A stretch of DNA of 64,000 bases from Desulfobacterales bacterium (GCA_027064715.1 JAMOPG010000233.1:1694-65693), one strand, 5' to 3'. Positions 48,614-58,781 are shown, counted from the first letter of the stretch. Notes: generated from the sequence alone by a model not told the origin. Made by a program: numbers and translations.

Positions 48614-49481
48614 GCCAATACTAATTTTCATATCTTTTTTGGTTATTGTTTTTGTGATTATGTATTATTTCCCTGTGCAAAGTGAAGTTACAGAGATGAC
48701 TATATTAGAAAAACGGGCAAAAATGGGACACGCAGTGGATGAATATCTGTATGGAAGGATGTTGATTTTGGGTGATTTTCCTAAAGAAAAAAAGCAAGAA
48801 GGGCTGGCCTTTTTAGAAAAAGCAGCAACCAAGGAATATAAACCAGCAATAATTTTTTTAGCACAGATCTATGAAAAGGGCATAGGGGGCATACATAGGG
48901 ATTACATTAAAGCCTTTAAGTGGTATAAAAAAGGAGCTCAATTAGGAATAAAAACAGCACAGTTAAAACTCTCTCCTTTTGAAGAGTTAAAAAAGGATAA
49001 AAATAGTTTTATTCTTTTTGGAATCCCGATAAAAAAGGCACGGAGATTTAGTGTAAGGTATATATTACAAAAAAATGGTGCTGTTCCAATAGACTTAAAT
49101 GATGATTCCTTTTGTGACATATTTTCTTCTAACAACTTTTTGCCTGGCACAGATAAAATGCAGGTATGTTACGGACTTGATGGATATTTTGTGTTACTTG
49201 AATATAGATATCCACCAAGACGCACAAAATATGGGGAGATCTTAGCAAAAAACATGTCTAAACTCATTAAAAAATATGGAAATCCCAAGACAATTAGTAA
49301 AGTGAATGTAGTGGATTATTATTTATGGGAGAAAGATGGTGTAAATATCTATCTATGGATGGAACCAAAAACAAATACATGTTTTTTAAGATATGTGGTA
49401 ATGAATAGGTATTTGGAGTTAGTTAATTATTTGATGTCAAAAAAAAGAGAAAAAGAAGTCCCAAAAGTTGAATTTTATTAA
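48600..49481 (+). CDS. Membrane-anchored Sel1-repeat protein with an unknown C-terminal domain
   Basis: N-terminal TM segment. Sel1-like repeats (GLAFLEKAATKEYKPAIIFLAQIYEKGIG, AFKWYKKGAQLG). Overlaps the previous gene by 14 nt. Confidence 0.6.
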   Translation: MKKFRPILIFISFLVIVFVIMYYFPVQSEVTEMTILEKRAKMGHAVDEYLYGRMLILGDFPKEKKQEGLAFLEKAATKEYKPAIIFLAQIYEKGIGGIHRDYIKAFKWYKKGAQLGIKTAQLKLSPFEELKKDKNSFILFGIPIKKARRFSVRYILQKNGAVPIDLNDDSFCDIFSSNNFLPGTDKMQVCYGLDGYFVLLEYRYPPRRTKYGEILAKNMSKLIKKYGNPKTISKVNVVDYYLWEKDGVNIYLWMEPKTNTCFLRYVVMNRYLELVNYLMSKKREKEVPKVEFY

Positions 49482-49499
49482 CATACAAAAAAATATAAG

Positions 49500-50855
49500 A
49501 TGAAAATAAAACTTCGTATCTCTCCATATGCATATCCAATCTTATTTTTTGCAGGTGCGATATTAGTAGGTGCCTTTTGTTTGCATTGTAATTTTAGTTT
49601 AAGACATAATTCAATATCATGGATAGATTCCCTTTTTACAGCTACTTCAGCAACCTGTGTTACAGGCCTGGCAGTTGTTGATACAGGAACTTATTTTTCA
49701 ACTATTGGACAAATAATAATACTTTGTCTCATACAGGTTGGTGGCCTTGGAATAATGACTATTACCTCCTTGATATTTTATCTGTGGAGCAAAAAAATAT
49801 CTTTAACTGATAAGATAGCAGTAGGGCAGGGGCTCTTACATGATCCAACTTTTTCCCTTGGCAATTTTTTAATAAATATAGTTACCATGGCTTTTACAAT
49901 AGAAGCGTTAGGTGCCCTTTTTTTGTATATTTTATCGCCTCAAAAAGTAGGTCTATTTTCATCTCTATTTCATTCAATATCTGCCTTTTGCAATGCAGGT
50001 TTTTCATTATATGAAAATAGCTTAATGGATTTTAAGGACAATTTAGGAGTAAATCTGGTTATTATGATACTCATTATATTGGGCGGACTGGGTTTTTCTG
50101 TTTTACAAGAGCTCATTATTTACTTTAAGCACAAAATCAATCATAAAAGATATGTATTAAGCTGGCATACAAATGTGGTTTTGTCTACTACTGCTTATCT
50201 TATTTTGTTTGGATCTTTATTTATATTTTTAGGTGAATATGTTTTTGGTCCTGGTAAAGAGACACCTTTAGGCGAATCAATATTGGTATCTCTGTTTCAG
50301 GCAGTAACTTGTAGGACAGCTGGATTCAATACTGTTGATATTGCATATATGACTAATGTATCCCTTTGTATAATGATTCTTTTAATGTTTATTGGAGGTG
50401 GACCTGGGTCGTGTGCTGGCGGAATTAAAGTTACAACATTTAGGGTATTATGGGCATATATAAAGGGACAGATATTCATTAAAGGAAAACAAGCTGTAAT
50501 AGGCAGGTTTGCTGCTAAAGAGGAGGATCTAAACAAGGCAGTGATCCTTTTTGTATTCTCTTGTATATTAATTTCAATAGGTATTTTGATTTTAAATATA
50601 ACAGAGGGGGGCGAGGCGCCTCATATTTATTCCAGAGGCATTTTTTTGAGTATTGCATTTGAGGTTGTGTCTGCCTTTGGTACTGTGGGGCTTTCTACTG
50701 GACTGACCCCTCACTTAACTTTTGTGGGAAAATGTGTTGTGATATGTTTGATGTTTATTGGAAGGCTTGGTCCAATCATATTTTTGTCTTTGATACAACA
50801 TATACAAGAAGAACCTAGATTTGCATGGCCAAAGGAAAATATCTTAATTGGATAA
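49500..50855 (+). CDS. ktrB: TrkH/KtrB-family K+ uptake membrane subunit
   Basis: Repeated M1-P-M2 units with selectivity-filter-like glycines (TATCVTGLAV, CNAGFS, CRTAGFN, FGTVGLSTG). Confidence 0.88.
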   Translation: MKIKLRISPYAYPILFFAGAILVGAFCLHCNFSLRHNSISWIDSLFTATSATCVTGLAVVDTGTYFSTIGQIIILCLIQVGGLGIMTITSLIFYLWSKKISLTDKIAVGQGLLHDPTFSLGNFLINIVTMAFTIEALGALFLYILSPQKVGLFSSLFHSISAFCNAGFSLYENSLMDFKDNLGVNLVIMILIILGGLGFSVLQELIIYFKHKINHKRYVLSWHTNVVLSTTAYLILFGSLFIFLGEYVFGPGKETPLGESILVSLFQAVTCRTAGFNTVDIAYMTNVSLCIMILLMFIGGGPGSCAGGIKVTTFRVLWAYIKGQIFIKGKQAVIGRFAAKEEDLNKAVILFVFSCILISIGILILNITEGGEAPHIYSRGIFLSIAFEVVSAFGTVGLSTGLTPHLTFVGKCVVICLMFIGRLGPIIFLSLIQHIQEEPRFAWPKENILIG

Positions 50856-50868
50856 AATTTATAAATAA

Positions 50869-51537
50869 ATGAGAGTTGCCATGGCAAAAAAGATGTTAAT
50901 AGGAGTAATTGGGCTTGGTAAATTTGGAACAGCCTTAGGTAAAAACCTTGTTAATATGGGGTATGAGGTTTTGGGAGTGGATAAAAGTGAAGAGGCAGTA
51001 CAAAGGTGTCAATCCTTATTTACTCAAGTGTATAGGGCAGATATCAGTGATAAAAAGGTGTTGGAACAACTTGGCTTTAAAGAAGTAACCCATGCAGTGG
51101 TTAGTGTAGGTTCTTCAATTTCAACAAGTATTATGGTATCCTTTTATTTGAAAGAACTTGGAGTTTCTAAAGTTTGGGTGAAAGCTGTAAATGAAGATCA
51201 TGAAAAGCTTTTAAAAAAGATTGGTGTTGATCATGTTGTGATACCAGAGAGATCAGCTGCACAAGAAGTGGCATTGAAGATGGCCCTTCCAGGTTTTTTA
51301 GAGATATTGCCTTTTGGGGAAAAGGTGGTGATACAGGAAAAGGTTGTTGAAAAATGGAGTGATAAGACCATAAAAGACCTTGATGTGGCAAATAAGTATC
51401 AAATCCAAATAATAGCAATTAAAAGAAAACAAAACAATGAATATCAATTTGTGCCTAAAGGTAGTGACTTGTTAACTCAGGGAGATAAGATTATAGTTAT
51501 TGGGGAGATGGAAAAGTTACTAAAAGTTCAATCTTAA
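50869..51537 (+). CDS. ktrA: TrkA/KtrA-family K+ uptake regulatory subunit (RCK_N + RCK_C)
   Basis: GVIGLGKFG Rossmann motif. C-terminal RCK_C region (KTIKDLDVANKYQIQIIAIKR ... GDKIIVIG). Confidence 0.85.
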   Translation: MRVAMAKKMLIGVIGLGKFGTALGKNLVNMGYEVLGVDKSEEAVQRCQSLFTQVYRADISDKKVLEQLGFKEVTHAVVSVGSSISTSIMVSFYLKELGVSKVWVKAVNEDHEKLLKKIGVDHVVIPERSAAQEVALKMALPGFLEILPFGEKVVIQEKVVEKWSDKTIKDLDVANKYQIQIIAIKRKQNNEYQFVPKGSDLLTQGDKIIVIGEMEKLLKVQS

Positions 51538-51556
51538 AATCATAAGGGGAGAGTAA

Positions 51557-53032
51557 GTGATAGCCAAGTTATTTAAATGGACAAAAAAAGAGCTTCCCAC
51601 TCAAGAATTTGGAGAAGAGTTAAAAAAACATATTGTTTTAGAAAATCCTGTATTAAAGGATGTGGTGGATGGTTTTTTAAAATTGGACTCTCTTTTTAGA
51701 TCAATTGGGTATTTTAAAGCAGATGAAAGCCTTACTAAAAAGATGTCATGGTGGCCTGTTATTTCTGTGTTAGGTACTTATTCTGCTGGTAAGTCTTCTT
51801 TTATAAATTTTTATTTAAGATATCCTATTCAAGAAACAGGTGTTCAGGCAGTGGATGATAAATTCACAGTAATATGTTATTCTCAAGACAAAAATGTAAG
51901 GACACTTCCAGGTTTTGCTCTTGATTCAGACCCAAGATTCCCATTTTATAAGATAAGCAAAGCAATTGATGAGGTGGCTCCAGGAGAAGGGGCTTATCTT
52001 GATTCTTATCTTCAACTTAAGACATGCCCCAGCGAAAGATTAAAGGGAAAGATCTTTATTGACTCTCCTGGGTTTGATGCAGATGAAAAGAGATCATCTA
52101 TTTTAAGGATAACTGACAGGATAATTGATTTATCTGATCTGGTTCTTATCTTCTTTGATGCAAGGCATCCTGAACCAGGTTCTATGAGAGATACTTTAGA
52201 ACATCTAGTAAAAAACACAATAAAGAGACGGGATGCAAATAAATTTTTATACATATTAAATCAAATTGATGTAACAGCTAAGGAAGACAATCTGGAAAAT
52301 GTATTTGCTTCATGGCAAAGGGCACTAGTAAAATATGGAGTTACTGCAGGAAAATATTTTTGTATTTATAATCCTGATGTCTGTAATATAATAGAAGATG
52401 ATGAAATAAGAAGAAGATATGAAAGAAAGAGGGATGAAGATCTAAAAGAAATAGAAAAAAGGATAGAACATGTAAAAATAGAAAGGACATATCGCTTAAT
52501 TGGACTTTTGAGGGAATATATTGCAAAGTTGAAAAATGTAATTCTACCTGAAGTAAATAAATTTAGAAAAGAACTTAAAAAATACATGTTAATTAGTGAT
52601 AGTTGTGTTTTATTACTATTTTTGATCCTTTTTGGGATATTTAATAGTATGGCAAGTGATAGAAGTATGTTATCTGTGTTTGGCTATATCTTAACCCATA
52701 TGTTTTCATCTATATGGGGATTTTTATCTTTTGTTTTAGTTTGCAGTTTATTTTTTGGTATACACTCTTTTTTAAAAAATAAGATAGGAAATTTTTTGAT
52801 ACAAAGAACTTTAAACAATTTTTCTGAAGAAGAAGAACAACTAAAGTTTAAGAATGTATTTAGCAAAAACATAAAATGGTATGAATCACTTTTGAAAAAG
52901 TTTCCTGCTGGCTGGAATGAATCAATGGAAAATATGTTAAATGATCTGCACCTTGAGACAAATAGGCTTATACAAAGACTGAATATGGAATATACAGATC
53001 CTTCTGGGCAGAGGGGTCTGTTAGACAAGTAA
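51557..53032 (+). CDS. Dynamin-family GTPase-like protein with C-terminal TM helices
   Basis: G1 GTYSAGKSS, G3 DSPGFD, G4-like NQID. Two hydrophobic helices lie around residues 345-400. GTG start with a GGGGAGAG RBS. Confidence 0.7.
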   Translation: MIAKLFKWTKKELPTQEFGEELKKHIVLENPVLKDVVDGFLKLDSLFRSIGYFKADESLTKKMSWWPVISVLGTYSAGKSSFINFYLRYPIQETGVQAVDDKFTVICYSQDKNVRTLPGFALDSDPRFPFYKISKAIDEVAPGEGAYLDSYLQLKTCPSERLKGKIFIDSPGFDADEKRSSILRITDRIIDLSDLVLIFFDARHPEPGSMRDTLEHLVKNTIKRRDANKFLYILNQIDVTAKEDNLENVFASWQRALVKYGVTAGKYFCIYNPDVCNIIEDDEIRRRYERKRDEDLKEIEKRIEHVKIERTYRLIGLLREYIAKLKNVILPEVNKFRKELKKYMLISDSCVLLLFLILFGIFNSMASDRSMLSVFGYILTHMFSSIWGFLSFVLVCSLFFGIHSFLKNKIGNFLIQRTLNNFSEEEEQLKFKNVFSKNIKWYESLLKKFPAGWNESMENMLNDLHLETNRLIQRLNMEYTDPSGQRGLLDK

Positions 53033-53187
53033 AATTTTTTATACATAAACATCATATCTTGGATCATACATAAGGGACTTTAAATTTTGTAGCAAAATAA
53101 AATTTTCAAATCATAAATTTTCTCATAGGTTCTTTATTTTTAAATAAAAAATATATGCCTTTGCCATGAGGTTAGATGAATGGACAC

Positions 53188-54135
53188 TTAAATCAAACTA
53201 CATCTTACCCAATGGCCCTTTTCAATTTCCCTAAGATCAAGATTGTTTTCACATTTTTTTGAGAAGTATTTGCATCTAGGTGCAAATCCACATTGAGTGT
53301 TAAGTTGACTATCCTGTTTATTAATAAACACAGAATCTGGTCTTTGTTTTCTTTTGCCAGGTATTGAATCAAGAAGTAGTCTGGTATAGGGATGATGAGG
53401 ATTTTTAAAAATATCCAAAGTAGGTGCACATTCAACTATCTTTCCCATGTACATTACATATACATAATCGCAAAAATATCCCACCAGATTCAGATCATGG
53501 GTGATAAATATAAGTGATAGACCAATCTTTTCTTTTAATTCCATAAGCAAATTTATTATCTGTGCTTGCACAGATACATCTAATGCAGATACTGGTTCGT
53601 CACATACAATTAGTTCTGGATTTAGACTCAATGCCCGTGCTATACATATTCGTTGTCTCTGGCCACCACTAAATTGATGTGGATATTTGTGCATGGAATC
53701 TTTTGGAAGCCCAACAAGTTCTAAAAGTTCACTAATTTTTTCTATTCTTTTAGGTTTTTCTACATTTGCCTGTTTAACACCATCCATTAATGAAGACTTA
53801 ATAGTCAATTTGGGATTTAATGAACTGTATGGATCTTGAAATACAATCTGCACCTTTTGCCTATAAGATTTTAATTCTTTTTTTGTTAGGGTTGTTACAT
53901 CTTTTCCATTAAAAAAGATCTTTCCATCATCAATTTCATATAGTCTCAGTATACATCTTGCTAAAGTTGACTTCCCACATCCACTTTCACCAACAATCCC
54001 AACAATCTGGTTTCGTTTTACAAAAAGGTCCACATGATCAACCGCCTTAATATACCCAACAGTGCGCTTTAAAAGTCCTTTTTGTATGGGAAAATATTTT
54101 TTTATTCCTCTAAGTTCCAAAATTGTATCTTTCAT
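53188..54135 (-). CDS. Oligopeptide/dipeptide-type ABC transporter ATP-binding protein (OppF/DppF-like)
   Basis: Walker A GESGCGKST, signature FSGGQRQR, Walker B IVCDEPVSALD. Opp-type C-terminal extension with Cys residues. Confidence 0.88.
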   Translation of the reverse strand: MKDTILELRGIKKYFPIQKGLLKRTVGYIKAVDHVDLFVKRNQIVGIVGESGCGKSTLARCILRLYEIDDGKIFFNGKDVTTLTKKELKSYRQKVQIVFQDPYSSLNPKLTIKSSLMDGVKQANVEKPKRIEKISELLELVGLPKDSMHKYPHQFSGGQRQRICIARALSLNPELIVCDEPVSALDVSVQAQIINLLMELKEKIGLSLIFITHDLNLVGYFCDYVYVMYMGKIVECAPTLDIFKNPHHPYTRLLLDSIPGKRKQRPDSVFINKQDSQLNTQCGFAPRCKYFSKKCENNLDLREIEKGHWVRCSLI

Positions 54136-54139
54136 ATTC

Positions 54140-55099
54140 TTATTTTACCAAATGACAATAAACAAAGTGATTATCAGAAACAAAGGTTTTGTCTGGGACC
54201 TTTTTTGTGCATATTGCTTGTTTTTTTAAACATCTTGGATGAAATGGGCAGCCTTTTGGTCTATTTTCAGCACTTGGGACAAATCCTGGAATAGGGGTTA
54301 AGTAAGATCCCCTTTTTTCAAGGGATGGTATGGAGTTAAGCAACCCTTTGGTATAAGGATGATACGGATTGTTCAGGATTGATTCTTTTGGTCCCTGTTC
54401 TAAGATAGTTCCTGCATACATGATTATAACCCTATCACCAACCTCTGACACCACTGACAGGTCATGAGTTATATATAAGGCAGAGAGTCCTTTTTTTCTT
54501 TTGAGCCTGTTGAATAGACTTAATATTTCATACTGGATAGTGACATCTAATGCTGTTGTTGGTTCATCTGCAATAATGATGTCTGGCTCAAGTGCCACAG
54601 CCATTCCTATTAAGATCCTTTGCCTTTGCCCACCGCTTAGTTCATGGGGATAGGAAAAGAGCTTGGTTTTGGGGTCAGGAATCTTAACATCTTCAAGGAT
54701 TTTTAGACATCTTGTCTTTAACTCTTTTTTGTTTTTAAACCCATGGGCAATAAAGATTTCAGACAACTGTTCATAGATTGAAAACAAAGGATTCAGAGAT
54801 GTCAAAGGATCTTGAAACACCATTGATATCTCTTTTCCACGAATATCTCTCAGCTCTTCATTACTCAGTTGTAGTAGATTTTTGCCCTTAAACATAATTT
54901 TACCATAGGCTTTAGCCTTTTTGGGCAGAAGTCCCATTATGCTTAAGGCTGTAAAGCTCTTTCCGCATCCACTCTCGCCAACAATACAGAGTGTCTCTCC
55001 CTTTTGCAGATCAAAATTTATATTATTAAGGATTGTGATATCCTGTTGATTTTTTATCTGGACAGTTAAATCTTGAACAGTGAGTATAGGATTTTCCAT
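54140..55099 (-). CDS. Oligopeptide/dipeptide-type ABC transporter ATP-binding protein (OppD/DppD-like)
   Basis: Walker A GESGCGKSF, signature LSGGQRQR, Walker B IIADEPTTALD. Confidence 0.88.
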   Translation of the reverse strand: MENPILTVQDLTVQIKNQQDITILNNINFDLQKGETLCIVGESGCGKSFTALSIMGLLPKKAKAYGKIMFKGKNLLQLSNEELRDIRGKEISMVFQDPLTSLNPLFSIYEQLSEIFIAHGFKNKKELKTRCLKILEDVKIPDPKTKLFSYPHELSGGQRQRILIGMAVALEPDIIIADEPTTALDVTIQYEILSLFNRLKRKKGLSALYITHDLSVVSEVGDRVIIMYAGTILEQGPKESILNNPYHPYTKGLLNSIPSLEKRGSYLTPIPGFVPSAENRPKGCPFHPRCLKKQAICTKKVPDKTFVSDNHFVYCHLVK

Positions 55100-55100
55100 T

Positions 55101-56207
55101 TTAGTCTCTTGATTTTGGGTTTAGTGCATCCCTTAAGCCTTCTCCAAAGAGATTAAATGCCAAAACCACTATTAAAATTGCTGTGCCAGGAATCAAAGTG
55201 AGCCATGGAGCATCAAAGAGATAATATTTCCCTTCTGAGAGGATATTTCCCCATGTTGCATGTGGTGGTGGAACTCCAAATCCAAGAAAACTGAGGCCAG
55301 CTTCAGTCAAGATTGCCCTAGCTATGCCAATGGTTGCAGATACCAAAACAGGTGTTATTGCATTTGGAAGCATGTGTTTAAAGATTATTATGAGGTCTGA
55401 AACACCCATAGCCTTTGCTGCAAGTACAAATTCCCTTTCCCTTAAAGACAAAAACTCTGCCCTGATAAACCTGGCTGTCCCCATCCAGCTTGTTAAACCA
55501 ATAACAACCATAATATTATAGATACTTGGTGGAAGTAGTGCTACAACTGTTAAAATTAGAAAAAAAGATGGGAAACATAACATAATGTCAATTATACCCA
55601 TGATAATAGAATCTATTAGAATTGAAAAATTAAAAAAATTCTTTTTAAATAATTTTTTTATGGATGTTGCTACAATAAAAAAAAGTAAAATAAATGTGCC
55701 CAGCCACTTTTTATAATAGATTATTATCAATCCACATATAAGTATTATAAATAGCAACAAATAATCTAATGAGATACTTTTGTTTCCATAATATCCAGCT
55801 ATTCCCCCGATAATTATTCCAATAAATACAGAAATACCCACTGCAACAAAACCAACAGTTAGAGATACCCATGCCCCTTGAAGCATTCTAGAAAATACAT
55901 CGCGGCCCAAATGATCAGTTCCAAACAAAAATATTCTAAAAGGGGGGATGTCTTTTTCATTTAATGTATTTAATGTATTTTCATGAATAACTGTCATTGG
56001 AGGCAGAAGCTTTGCCTCGAGTCTTACCTTTGCTGGATCATATATTGGATTTTTCCCTGAGGTAAGAAAAAGCCCCAAAATGGCAACAAGAAAAAATATC
56101 AAAAGGGTAGTGAGGCCTGCAATTGCCAATCTGTTTTTTTTGAGTATTTCCCAAAGTTCATATAAAGGGGGACTCATATTCTCCATTTTGCTTTGCATTT
56201 TAATCAA
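55101..56207 (-). CDS. OppC/DppC-type ABC permease with a ~55-aa two-helix insertion
   Basis: Contains GTDHLGRDVFSRML and the EAA-loop region (FVLAAKAMGVSD). Extra hydrophobic segment between GIAGYYG and IIDIMLCFP. The ORF starts at a TTG (56207); ATG alternatives are at 56198 and 56186. Confidence 0.85.
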   Translation of the reverse strand: MIKMQSKMENMSPPLYELWEILKKNRLAIAGLTTLLIFFLVAILGLFLTSGKNPIYDPAKVRLEAKLLPPMTVIHENTLNTLNEKDIPPFRIFLFGTDHLGRDVFSRMLQGAWVSLTVGFVAVGISVFIGIIIGGIAGYYGNKSISLDYLLLFIILICGLIIIYYKKWLGTFILLFFIVATSIKKLFKKNFFNFSILIDSIIMGIIDIMLCFPSFFLILTVVALLPPSIYNIMVVIGLTSWMGTARFIRAEFLSLREREFVLAAKAMGVSDLIIIFKHMLPNAITPVLVSATIGIARAILTEAGLSFLGFGVPPPHATWGNILSEGKYYLFDAPWLTLIPGTAILIVVLAFNLFGEGLRDALNPKSRD

Positions 56208-56248
56208 TATTTTCTAAGCAATATCCATCAATATTTTTTGTTTATGCA

Positions 56249-56383
56249 TTACCTTCTTGGACCTTTTTCTAATACACGCAAAAGTTTTTCCTGCATTGGC
56301 TCTGGCAAATCCCTTATTTCATCAAGTAAAATATCTCCTTTGTTGGCGAGTTCAGATCTACTCTTTCTTGTTTTCCCTATCAT
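56249..56383 (-). pseudogene. 44-aa fragment of a sigma-54 activator AAA+ domain
   Basis: The minus-strand ORF MIGKTRKSRSELANKGDILLDEIRDLPEPMQEKLLRVLEKGPRR matches the Walker B / following helix of bEBPs (G-x-LFLDEI-x-L-x-x-x-Q-x-KLLRVLQE). Confidence 0.5.
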
Positions 56384-56576
56384 AAGTCCTTTTTACATAG
56401 TCTCTATCACTACTTCTCAAAAACCCTTAACTCTGTTTTGCATGTGAATTTGCTTAATGTTAACTTATAACTATGTTAACTTATTAAGTGTAAAAATATT
56501 AACAGAAAAAAATAGAACTGTAAATAATTATTGAAAAATTTCAATAAATTCAAGGTATAAAAAATAAAAAGAATGC

Positions 56577-56592
56577 TGGCACATAATCTGCA
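56577..56592 (+). promoter_or_regulatory. Sigma-54-like -24/-12 motif with no obvious cognate gene
   Basis: TGGCAC-ataat-CTGCA with correct GG/GC spacing. The nearest downstream gene is uvrB, about 190 nt away. Confidence 0.3.
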
Positions 56593-56783
56593 GCTTAATA
56601 AATAAAAAAGGAGGAGTAATAAAAAGTCTTTATGGTTTGAGGTAAATGGAATAAGATGTCTGAAGCTAGATGGTTTTAGGCAGCAAGGCTACAGTTCGTC
56701 TTAACTCTGTGTTTTTGCTTCTTGAATGTTTATTGAAGCTCATATAAAATTGATGTGAAAAAAAATAATAGGTGTAGAGTAAC

Positions 56784-58781
56784 ATGAGATTTAAGTTAAT
56801 ATCACAATATAAGCCAAAAGGAGACCAACCAAAGGCAATAGATTTTTTGACAAAAAATCTAGAAAAGGGTGTAAAACACCAAGTGTTATTGGGTGTCACT
56901 GGTTCAGGCAAGACTTATACTATGGCAAATGTTATAGCTAAAGTAAATAAGCCCACCTTGGTAATGGCACCAAACAAGACTTTAGCTGCACAACTATACA
57001 ATGAATTCAAACAATTGTTTCCAGAAAATGCGGTGGAATATTTTGTGAGTTATTATGATTATTACCAACCTGAAGCATATGTGCCTGAGAGCGATTTATA
57101 TATTGAAAAAGACTCATCTATTAATGAAGATATTGATAAATTAAGGCATTCTGCAACTTATTCCTTACTAACCAGGCGAGATGTAATCATTGTTGCATCT
57201 GTGTCATGCATATATGGTCTAGGTTCACCTGAATATTACAAAAAAATGGTTATCCCAGTTGGAGTAGGGCAGGTTTTACCAATGGAGAAGTTTATCCAGA
57301 GACTTATTGAGATTTATTATGAAAGAAATGACTATGATTTTCACAGGGGGACGTTCAGAGTAAGGGGAGATGTAGTGGAGATAATTCCTTCTTATAAACA
57401 GGATCAGGCCTTAAGGATAGAATTTTTTGGCGATGAAATAGATGGGTTATACGAAATAAATCCTTTAACTGGTGAGATATTAGATAGATTAGAAAATAGT
57501 GTAATATATCCTGCAAGCCACTATGTCTCTGAAAGGGACAACTTGATTAGGGCAATGAATGATATTAGAGAGGAATTAAGGGAAAGGATCAATTGGTTTA
57601 AGTCTCAAAATAAACTTGTTGAGGCACAGAGAATAGAACAGAGGACTCTTTTAGATTTAGAAATGATAGAGGAGATGGGGTATTGCAATGGCATAGAAAA
57701 TTATTCTAGACACCTAGATGGAAGACCCCCGGGAACACCACCTGCCTGTTTGTTAGATTATTTTCCAGATGATTTTCTTATGTTTATTGATGAATCACAT
57801 ATTACAATACCACAAATCAGAGGAATGTATAATGGAGATAGGTCTAGAAAACAAAATCTAGTTGACTATGGATTTAGGCTCCCTTCAGCCTTAGACAATA
57901 GGCCCTTAAATTTTGAAGAATTTATGGAACGGATAAATCAGGTAGTATATGTATCAGCTACCCCTGGAGAATTTGAACTTAAGATGGCAAAAGAGCATGT
58001 GGTTGAACTTATAATTCGGCCAACAGGTCTTGTGGATCCTAAAGTTGAAGTATATCCCACAAAGGGACAAATAGATCATTTAATGTCAGAATGTAGAAGG
58101 GTGATGGAGAGGGATGAGAGGGTGTTAGTGACCACACTTACAAAAAGGATGGCGGAAGATCTAACAGACTTTTTAAATGAACATGGGATACCAGCTAAAT
58201 ACATGCACTCTGATATAGATTCTCTTGAGAGGATATCCATTATTCAACAATTGAGAGAAGGGGAGTTTTATGTTTTAGTGGGGATAAATTTATTGAGAGA
58301 GGGGTTGGATATTCCAGAGGTCTCTTTAGTTGCCATTTTAGATGCTGATAAAGAAGGATTCTTAAGATCAACCCAATCTCTGATCCAAACCTTTGGTAGA
58401 GCTGCAAGAAATGCAAATGGTAAAGTTATTATGTATGCAGATACAATGACTAAATCCATGAAACAGGCAGTTGAAGAGACCAATAGAAGAAGAGAAATAC
58501 AATTAGAATATAACAAAAGGCATAACATTACACCTAAGACTATTAGGAAGTCCCATAAAAATCCATTATATGAATTTGGACAAAGAAAAAAAGATGCAGG
58601 CTTTGTGGTTGCAGAACAAAGAGAATTCTATTATTTATCCAAAGAAGAGTTAGAAAAAAAGATCAGGCAGTTGGAAAAAAAGATGAGAGATGCGGCAAAG
58701 GAATTGGAATTTGAAAGGGCTGCAAAAATAAGAGATGAGATTTATAAATTAAAGGAAATATTGTTAGAAACAAGAATATAG
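56784..58781 (+). CDS. uvrB: Excinuclease ABC subunit B
   Basis: [19 protein letters not shown], helicase motifs, and a C-terminal UVR domain ([14 protein letters not shown]). Confidence 0.95.
   Translation: MRFKLISQYKPKGDQPKAIDFLTKNLEKGVKHQVLLGVTGSGKTYTMANVIAKVNKPTLVMAPNKTLAAQLYNEFKQLFPENAVEYFVSYYDYYQPEAYVPESDLYIEKDSSINEDIDKLRHSATYSLLTRRDVIIVASVSCIYGLGSPEYYKKMVIPVGVGQVLPMEKFIQRLIEIYYERNDYDFHRGTFRVRGDVVEIIPSYKQDQALRIEFFGDEIDGLYEINPLTGEILDRLENSVIYPASHYVSERDNLIRAMNDIREELRERINWFKSQNKLVEAQRIEQRTLLDLEMIEEMGYCNGIENYSRHLDGRPPGTPPACLLDYFPDDFLMFIDESHITIPQIRGMYNGDRSRKQNLVDYGFRLPSALDNRPLNFEEFMERINQVVYVSATPGEFELKMAKEHVVELIIRPTGLVDPKVEVYPTKGQIDHLMSECRRVMERDERVLVTTLTKRMAEDLTDFLNEHGIPAKYMHSDIDSLERISIIQQLREGEFYVLVGINLLREGLDIPEVSLVAILDADKEGFLRSTQSLIQTFGRAARNANGKVIMYADTMTKSMKQAVEETNRRREIQLEYNKRHNITPKTIRKSHKNPLYEFGQRKKDAGFVVAEQREFYYLSKEELEKKIRQLEKKMRDAAKELEFERAAKIRDEIYKLKEILLETRI

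Noticed and set aside
56193-56447. 84-aa plus-strand ORF upstream of the permease gene.
   Set aside because: It has no RBS or motif. The minus strand in the same interval carries the recognisable sigma-54 activator fragment.
56666-56911. 81-aa minus-strand ORF overlapping the uvrB start.
   Set aside because: It is antisense to the highly conserved UvrB N-terminus and has no independent support.
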